Assembly: GCA_037310415.1 (NCBI GenBank)
Contig: CP147780.1
Location: forward strand, 2,624,001 to 2,688,000
DNA length: 64,000 nucleotides
Origin: Candidatus Atabeyarchaeum deiterrae
Lineage (GTDB): Archaea > Asgardarchaeota > Atabeyarchaeia > Atabeyarchaeales > Atabeyarchaeaceae
Direction of reading: 5' to 3'
Below are positions 58,729-64,000 of this stretch, one piece after another. Both the position numbers and the translations under genes were made by a program. The stretch's first letter is position 1; each line of letters begins with the position of its first letter. Under the pieces are notes generated by a model. The model made no database searches. It worked only from the letters and a program-made list of their open reading frames with translations, and was not told the origin of the DNA.

Positions 58729-59253
58729 TTATTGCTCAGAACCCCACTTGAAGTCTCCGTATTTGTTGAAGTGAGCCACAAGTCCCCCGTCTTCAAATAT
58801 CCTCCTGAGGAAGGGAGACATAGGTTTGATTGACCATGATTCACCAGTTCTGAGGTGTTTAATGGTTCCAGCAGATGCGTCAATGACTATCGTATCTCCT
58901 TCCAGAGTGTCGGTATAAGCCTCGTTACACTCGAAGATTGGAAATGCGATGTTAATTGAATTTCGATAGAATATTCTTGCAAATGACCTTGCCACAACTG
59001 ATGCCACTCCAAATTCCTTGAGAACGTGGGGAGCTTGCTCCCTACTAGAACCGCAACCGAAGTTTCTCCCTGCAACAATTATGTCGCCCCGTTTTGCCAT
59101 TTTCGTGAAGCTTGGATCTGCGCCTTCCATTGCGTGTTGAGATAATCCAGCCATGTCAACGGTGCCCAACTTGTATTTTGCAGGAATTATCTCATCTGTG
59201 TTGACATTGTCTCCAAACTTCCAGATCTTTCCTTTTATGCTGGTGAGTGGCAT
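58729..59253 (-). CDS. leuD: 3-isopropylmalate dehydratase/homoaconitase small subunit
   Basis: GDNVNTDEIIPA, NFGCGSSREQA, FARIFYRNSIN. Confidence 0.88.
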   Translation of the reverse strand: MPLTSIKGKIWKFGDNVNTDEIIPAKYKLGTVDMAGLSQHAMEGADPSFTKMAKRGDIIVAGRNFGCGSSREQAPHVLKEFGVASVVARSFARIFYRNSINIAFPIFECNEAYTDTLEGDTIVIDASAGTIKHLRTGESWSIKPMSPFLRRIFEDGGLVAHFNKYGDFKWGSEQ

Positions 59254-59255
59254 CT

Positions 59256-60512
59256 CTATCTTACCTCTCTTGGATCAGTTATTTTGCCTTTCAGCGCTGA
59301 CGCAGCAGCAGTCGCTGGGGAGCACAGGTAAATGGAAGCGTCGGCGCAACCCATTCTTCCTTTGAAGTTCCGATTTGAAGTCGAGAGACAAACCTCTCCA
59401 GGCGCAAGCACACCCATGTGATCCCCGATGCATGGACCGCATCCAGGGTTGCACACGGTGCATCCTGCCTCGGCGAACGTCTTCAGCAACCCTTTCTCTG
59501 CTGCCTGAATGTAAACCTCTCTCGTCCCGGGAATAACGAGTACTCTGACATCCTTCTTTACTTTCTTACCTCGAAGGATTCTGGCAGCTATTTCCAAGTC
59601 TTCGATTGCGCCGTTTGTGCATGATCCCAAGAAGACTTGATTGATTTCTACGTTTCCTATTTCTGAGATCGGTTTTACATTGTCAACATTATGGGGACAG
59701 GCGACTTGAGGCTCGAGATTGCTTAAGGGGAACTCTCTCTCATCTTCATATTCTGCGTCGCTGTCGCTTGTAACCAACTCATATCCATTGCCACGCGAGT
59801 GGGACTTTAGATAATTCACGGCGGTCCTGTCTGGAGAGACTAACCCAGCTTTGGCACCCATTTCCACTGCCATGTTACAGAGTGTTGCTCTGCCGTCAAC
59901 ACTTATGCTTGAAGTGTATGCGCCAGTAAATTCTATGGATTTGTAGGTCGCACCATCTGCCCCTATGTTGCCTACAATATGCAGAATTGCATCTTTGGGC
60001 GTCACCATTCTGTGAGGAGTTCCAGTTAAGTTGAATCTGACCGTTTCGGGAACCTTGAACCAAAGTCTTCCAGAAATCATTGTTGCGGCTGCCTCGGTCG
60101 AACCGATCCCTGTTGAGAACGCCCCGACGGCGCCATATGTGCAAGTATGAGAATCGGCGCCAACAATAAGCATGCCCGGTGAAGCATAGCTCTCTAGCAT
60201 CACTCTATGACAAACTCCGTCTCCAACATCATAGAAGTTCAGTATGCCTTGTTCATATGCGAATCTCCTGATGACGTTGTGAGTTGCTGAGATTTCCTCG
60301 TTGTAGCTTGGGGTGGCGTGGTCAATGAAAAGCACGATCCTTTCTGAGTTCCAGACTCTTCTTCCGCCCATGTCTTTGAAGAATTTTATGGCAAGCGGTG
60401 CTGTTCCATCGTTTGCCATAATATAATCAACGTTAGCAACAACAATGTCCCCTACTGAGACCGCTTTTCCTGATGCTCTTTCAAGTATTTTCTGTGAGAT
60501 TGTTTTCCCCAA
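59256..60512 (-). CDS. leuC: 3-isopropylmalate dehydratase/homoaconitase large subunit
   Basis: GADSHTCTYGA, GSCTNG, PGCGPCIG, STSNRNFKGRMG. Confidence 0.9.
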   Translation of the reverse strand: MGKTISQKILERASGKAVSVGDIVVANVDYIMANDGTAPLAIKFFKDMGGRRVWNSERIVLFIDHATPSYNEEISATHNVIRRFAYEQGILNFYDVGDGVCHRVMLESYASPGMLIVGADSHTCTYGAVGAFSTGIGSTEAAATMISGRLWFKVPETVRFNLTGTPHRMVTPKDAILHIVGNIGADGATYKSIEFTGAYTSSISVDGRATLCNMAVEMGAKAGLVSPDRTAVNYLKSHSRGNGYELVTSDSDAEYEDEREFPLSNLEPQVACPHNVDNVKPISEIGNVEINQVFLGSCTNGAIEDLEIAARILRGKKVKKDVRVLVIPGTREVYIQAAEKGLLKTFAEAGCTVCNPGCGPCIGDHMGVLAPGEVCLSTSNRNFKGRMGCADASIYLCSPATAAASALKGKITDPREVR

Positions 60513-60830
60513 GCCGCGTACACCAATCTTGATTCTATCTAACTATGGTAAAAACACTCTTCGCTATAATAAGCATGAGCATGTGTAGAAAGTATCTCCG
60601 TTCTCAAGCTAGTTGCAGGTCTTCTTGCATAGTTGACAGGCTTCCCTTTGGAGGGCTTTTCTAGGATGCAATATAATGGAGACTCTTCGATTATTCTGCT
60701 TTTATGCCACATACATCAACTGAGACGGTATTCTCAGTAAAAGCAAGTTCTCTGATTCTCGAGCCCTAGTCTTTAATACGAGAACAGCTACAATTGTCTA
60801 CAGACGTTATACTTTTAGGAGAAGATAAGA

Positions 60831-61376
60831 ATGGCTGAATCAGTGAAACAGTTCTTTGTTGGATTTCTGCACCCACGAACCTGGATCGCAGCAATATTAG
60901 CACTAGTAGTGTCGGCAGTTGTTGGACTAGCGATAGGAGGGTGGCTAATTGACACTCTGACAGGGCTAAGCCTCTCGCCAGCGCTCATAGGCGAACTCAA
61001 AGGGATAGCTCTTGGAGTCTTCTTCGTTATCCTCAATGTGTACACGGCCCTATCGTTAGGTAGCATCATACCTTTAGTGATGGTAATCGTTTCGGGCTTC
61101 ATAGCTGGACTGGTCTTCGCTCTCGTTTCGAAAAAAGAGAGAGTTGCAGCTAAGAGCATCATTGGTGGCCTGAACATTGCTGTCATATACTTAGTTATCG
61201 TCGTCATCTCATTTGTCGTATGGGTCTTTGGTCTCTCAGGAGGCGCCATCGGAGTTTACAATGCAGCCGTCGCAATCTTGCAAGCCGCGTACTTGGACGT
61301 TCTTGTGACTTTCCTTATTATCTGGTGGGTGTCAGCATTTGTGTCGATGATAGTTCTGTCCGCGAAACACGGCTAG
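60831..61376 (+). CDS. Integral membrane protein
   Basis: About five hydrophobic helices; AGGAG upstream. Confidence 0.6.
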   Translation: MAESVKQFFVGFLHPRTWIAAILALVVSAVVGLAIGGWLIDTLTGLSLSPALIGELKGIALGVFFVILNVYTALSLGSIIPLVMVIVSGFIAGLVFALVSKKERVAAKSIIGGLNIAVIYLVIVVISFVVWVFGLSGGAIGVYNAAVAILQAAYLDVLVTFLIIWWVSAFVSMIVLSAKHG

Positions 61377-61600
61377 GACAGCGTCGAATTTATGGGGGGA
61401 ATTGAAGCCACTAATCCCTCCCTACTTTTTGTCAAGGCAATGCCAGTCTGGCGTTTGAACTTGCGCATTTTGATCATGTTGCCAACTGGTGACATTGCCA
61501 CATCTGATTATGAGAGCACGGGTTAGAGGTGTATGCGTGTAAGTATGTTAAAAGAGCAGATGAGTCCAGTTTAGAGTCCAAGGAGCAAGAAAGCAATCCG

Positions 61601-62689
61601 TTACCCCAGTTTTCTCAGTGTCGCTTTAATCAGTCCCATTGTTCCGGTCATCATGACGTCACCTGCTGGCGAAGCAAAATGAATCGGTATTCCTATGTTA
61701 TCTGCAATGGATCTGTTTGGACCTGTAACTGCGAAAGTACTAATCTTCTCGGCGGAGAATTTCTCCTTCTCGTCTTTGCCCAAGTAGAATGCTCCATGTC
61801 CTCCATCGATGAATATGTTCTCACCCTTCGTTTTGCCATTAGCAAAGTCAAGCAGCAGCTCGCCTAGTTTATTTGGTTTACCATAAAACGCTTCGGTGTG
61901 ATGTTCCATTAGTCCCAAGAGTTTCTCATCTTCTACGATGGCTGCCATTGTGTGTCCGTTGCCAATGTTCACCGCTAGTATCCGATGATTCTCTATTACA
62001 GTTGGATCTTCCAAGCAACCCAATATTGCACTCAAAGCAGTGTCCATTACTATGATAGTTGCTCTTGGCAGCTGTCTTTTGCATGCGTCGACTGCTGAAC
62101 GCATTCGCTTGAAACACTCTGGGATTTCATTTTCTTCGAATGCTAGTGTCTCCACTTTGGGGTTCTTTCTTAGTAGTTCTTCCATCTTTCTCATTCTGAA
62201 TTTCCTATTGCTTTCATCTTCTGTGGGGACTCCATGATCTTGAACAGCCACTGCTACTACATCCGCATCATCTGCTCTGGTTCCCAGTTCCTTGAGGAAC
62301 TTTGTGATCTTCGTTACGTTGATCTCTTCCAAGTCGATCTTGGTTCCATCTGACTTGGGGAATTCAGATTCGTTTTTGACAACCTGTATACCCATGGAGC
62401 GCACTTGTTCTATGTTGTTTCTAACAGTTAGCGCCGCTTTTTCTGTCATGATAAGTTTGAGACCATGTTTTAGGTGCTTTCTGATTGCTGCTGTGACGGC
62501 GCTCCCACCTATTGTGTCGCCTTTGATCAGTATGGTTTGTTGTTTGCTTGTCAATTCCTCGATTCGGTCTGCGTATATCAGAGTTGGCGATGGGAGCACC
62601 ATCTTGACGCAGTTTTCAATGGTTTTTGAATCGTCGTATAGGAGGACGTCTTCCGTTCCCGCGCCTATGTCTATTGCCAAGATCTTCAG
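61601..62689 (-). CDS. DUF1786 family protein (ASKHA-like)
   Basis: (L)KILAIDIGAGTED, VLPSPT, AVQDHG, NIGNGHT, EHHT, DGGHGA, GDVMMTG; probable CTG start. Confidence 0.8.
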   Translation of the reverse strand: MKILAIDIGAGTEDVLLYDDSKTIENCVKMVLPSPTLIYADRIEELTSKQQTILIKGDTIGGSAVTAAIRKHLKHGLKLIMTEKAALTVRNNIEQVRSMGIQVVKNESEFPKSDGTKIDLEEINVTKITKFLKELGTRADDADVVAVAVQDHGVPTEDESNRKFRMRKMEELLRKNPKVETLAFEENEIPECFKRMRSAVDACKRQLPRATIIVMDTALSAILGCLEDPTVIENHRILAVNIGNGHTMAAIVEDEKLLGLMEHHTEAFYGKPNKLGELLLDFANGKTKGENIFIDGGHGAFYLGKDEKEKFSAEKISTFAVTGPNRSIADNIGIPIHFASPAGDVMMTGTMGLIKATLRKLG

Positions 62690-62727
62690 TGTGTAGCCCT
62701 CCCTTAGAAAAGTAGCTGGGCAGCTTC

Positions 62728-63255
62728 TCAGAGTTTTCCCTGATGCACCAAGTCTGAAATTTCTCTCCTCGGTCTTGCATTCGGTAACTCGGCCGTATAG
62801 CCGATCGGGATTATTGCTACCGGAACCATACCTTCCTCCATGTCTGCGCCCACAACCTTGGCGGTTTCCTTATCATCGTATGAACCGATCCAGCATGTGG
62901 CCAGCCCCAGTGCTGTGGCTGCCAGTTGTATGTAGGAGCCTGCTATGGTAGCGTCTTGAATAGAGTATAGTCTAGCACCTCTCTCACCGTACCTTGTTGC
63001 TGACTTCTTCTGATTGGCTATTAGTACAAGTGCAACAGGTGCTTGTGCTATGAAGCGCTGACCTCTTGCCGCTTTGCTTAATGCTTCCTTTTGCTCTCGA
63101 GTTTTTACAACAACTATTTCGTATCCTTGTAGGTCGCCTGCGGAAGGTGCTGAGTTTGCAGCCTCAAGTATTTTCTGGAGTTTCTCTCTCTCGATTTCCT
63201 TTTCGAGGTAAAGTCTGACGGACCTTCGCTTAGCAACAATTTCAAAGAAATCCAT
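62728..63255 (-). CDS. Nitroreductase family protein
   Basis: RRSVRLY, APSAGDLQ, GLATCWIG, IPIGY. Confidence 0.9.
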   Translation of the reverse strand: MDFFEIVAKRRSVRLYLEKEIEREKLQKILEAANSAPSAGDLQGYEIVVVKTREQKEALSKAARGQRFIAQAPVALVLIANQKKSATRYGERGARLYSIQDATIAGSYIQLAATALGLATCWIGSYDDKETAKVVGADMEEGMVPVAIIPIGYTAELPNARPRREISDLVHQGKL

Positions 63256-63608
63256 TTTCCTGACAACTCCTATTTTTCATGAAATGATAGAACCTGTTGT
63301 GAATAAAAAATGTTTGCTTGGTAGAAACCAATGTCACTGTTCAATCCCGATCCAAAACCTCTGATGAGGAAAGCTGCTCTTGCTCCGGTCACTACCAGGA
63401 TGTTCCAGAGGCATGCGAGTAGTTCGTTAGAGGAATTCTTCCTTGGCTGGGGCAATTTCGAGCAATTAGACATATCTCGTATTTGTTGTTGAATAGTGAA
63501 AGAGCGTTATGTGTATGAATTCTTCGTGCTGATTCCGTAATCTTCATGAGAAGGGGATCTCTCTTGGTTCATCAACTTCGGCTGTACTGGAAGGAGGGAT
63601 CTCAACAC

Positions 63609-64000
63609 TTGGAAGAGGAGAAGCTGTTAGGTAGCGTTGTAAGCATGTGGCTTAAGAAAGCGCGTTTTCAACTGCCAGGATATGGCATATTCGCCACCAA
63701 CAAGAGGTTGATTGGAATAGAGTTTAAGAAAGCTGCTGCAAAGAAAATTGCCAAGTACCAATTGTTAGCTACGCCCATGAATGCTTTCACTAAGGGAAGC
63801 GAGGAGATGCAAGCTGGCAATCCCAAAACTCTTCAGGAGCTCGATGAGGAGAAGAAGGACTTTGAGATAGGGAGAGAACAGATCTCCAAGATAGAACTCA
63901 CAAAACCTGGAACCTTCAAAGGAGGTCGTCTCAGGATTCTTGGCGAGTCAGGAAAAGAAATGGAGATCCTGATTGGTGGCAAAAAGGAGTTCGAGCACCT
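63609..64000 (+). CDS. Hypothetical protein (possible PH-like fold), runs off window end
   Basis: Open frame after GGAGGG: EEKLLG...YGIFATNKRLIG...ISKIELTKPGTFKGGRLRI. Confidence 0.5.
   Translation, partial: MEEEKLLGSVVSMWLKKARFQLPGYGIFATNKRLIGIEFKKAAAKKIAKYQLLATPMNAFTKGSEEMQAGNPKTLQELDEEKKDFEIGREQISKIELTKPGTFKGGRLRILGESGKEMEILIGGKKEFEH

Noticed and set aside
1-64000. tRNA, rRNA, integrase or transposase genes
   Set aside because: No cloverleaf or rRNA signatures and no tyrosine/serine recombinase or DDE motifs recognised in any ORF.

Overview
Archaeal chromosomal window. An Asgard-like origin is inferred from a longin-like protein, archaeal VapBC/MNT-HEPN modules, frequent TTG/GTG starts and an intein. 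Core metabolic genes lie at both ends (1-7000; ~50900-64000). The centre is dominated by a RuBisCO-like protein (form IV RLP) gene on the minus strand (39317-40664) with two striking properties. (1) The gene is interrupted by a 28-nt insertion (39481-39508) that folds into a bulge-helix-bulge/loop motif. Cutting at the canonical tRNA-splicing-endonuclease positions restores the frame and the conserved GSGGG-IHAHP motif, giving a 439-aa protein, so this is a candidate spliced mRNA intron. (2) Downstream of the gene, nine degenerate direct-repeat copies of its last ~55-135 bp (within exon 2, most with the terminator tract) punctuate ~23 kb of accessory cargo: three VapBC pairs, MNT-HEPN, HEPN, methyltransferases, a HerA-like ATPase, a nuclease and a type IIG R-M enzyme. 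This forms an integron-like cassette array built on a protein-coding gene end, with no integrase visible in the window. Also present are an IscU scaffold gene with a 380-aa LAGLIDADG intein at its first Fe-S ligand Cys, four tandem Cys-rich V4R-like paralogs, and two candidate structured non-coding elements. All calls come from reading the sequence and recognising motifs; no database search was run.
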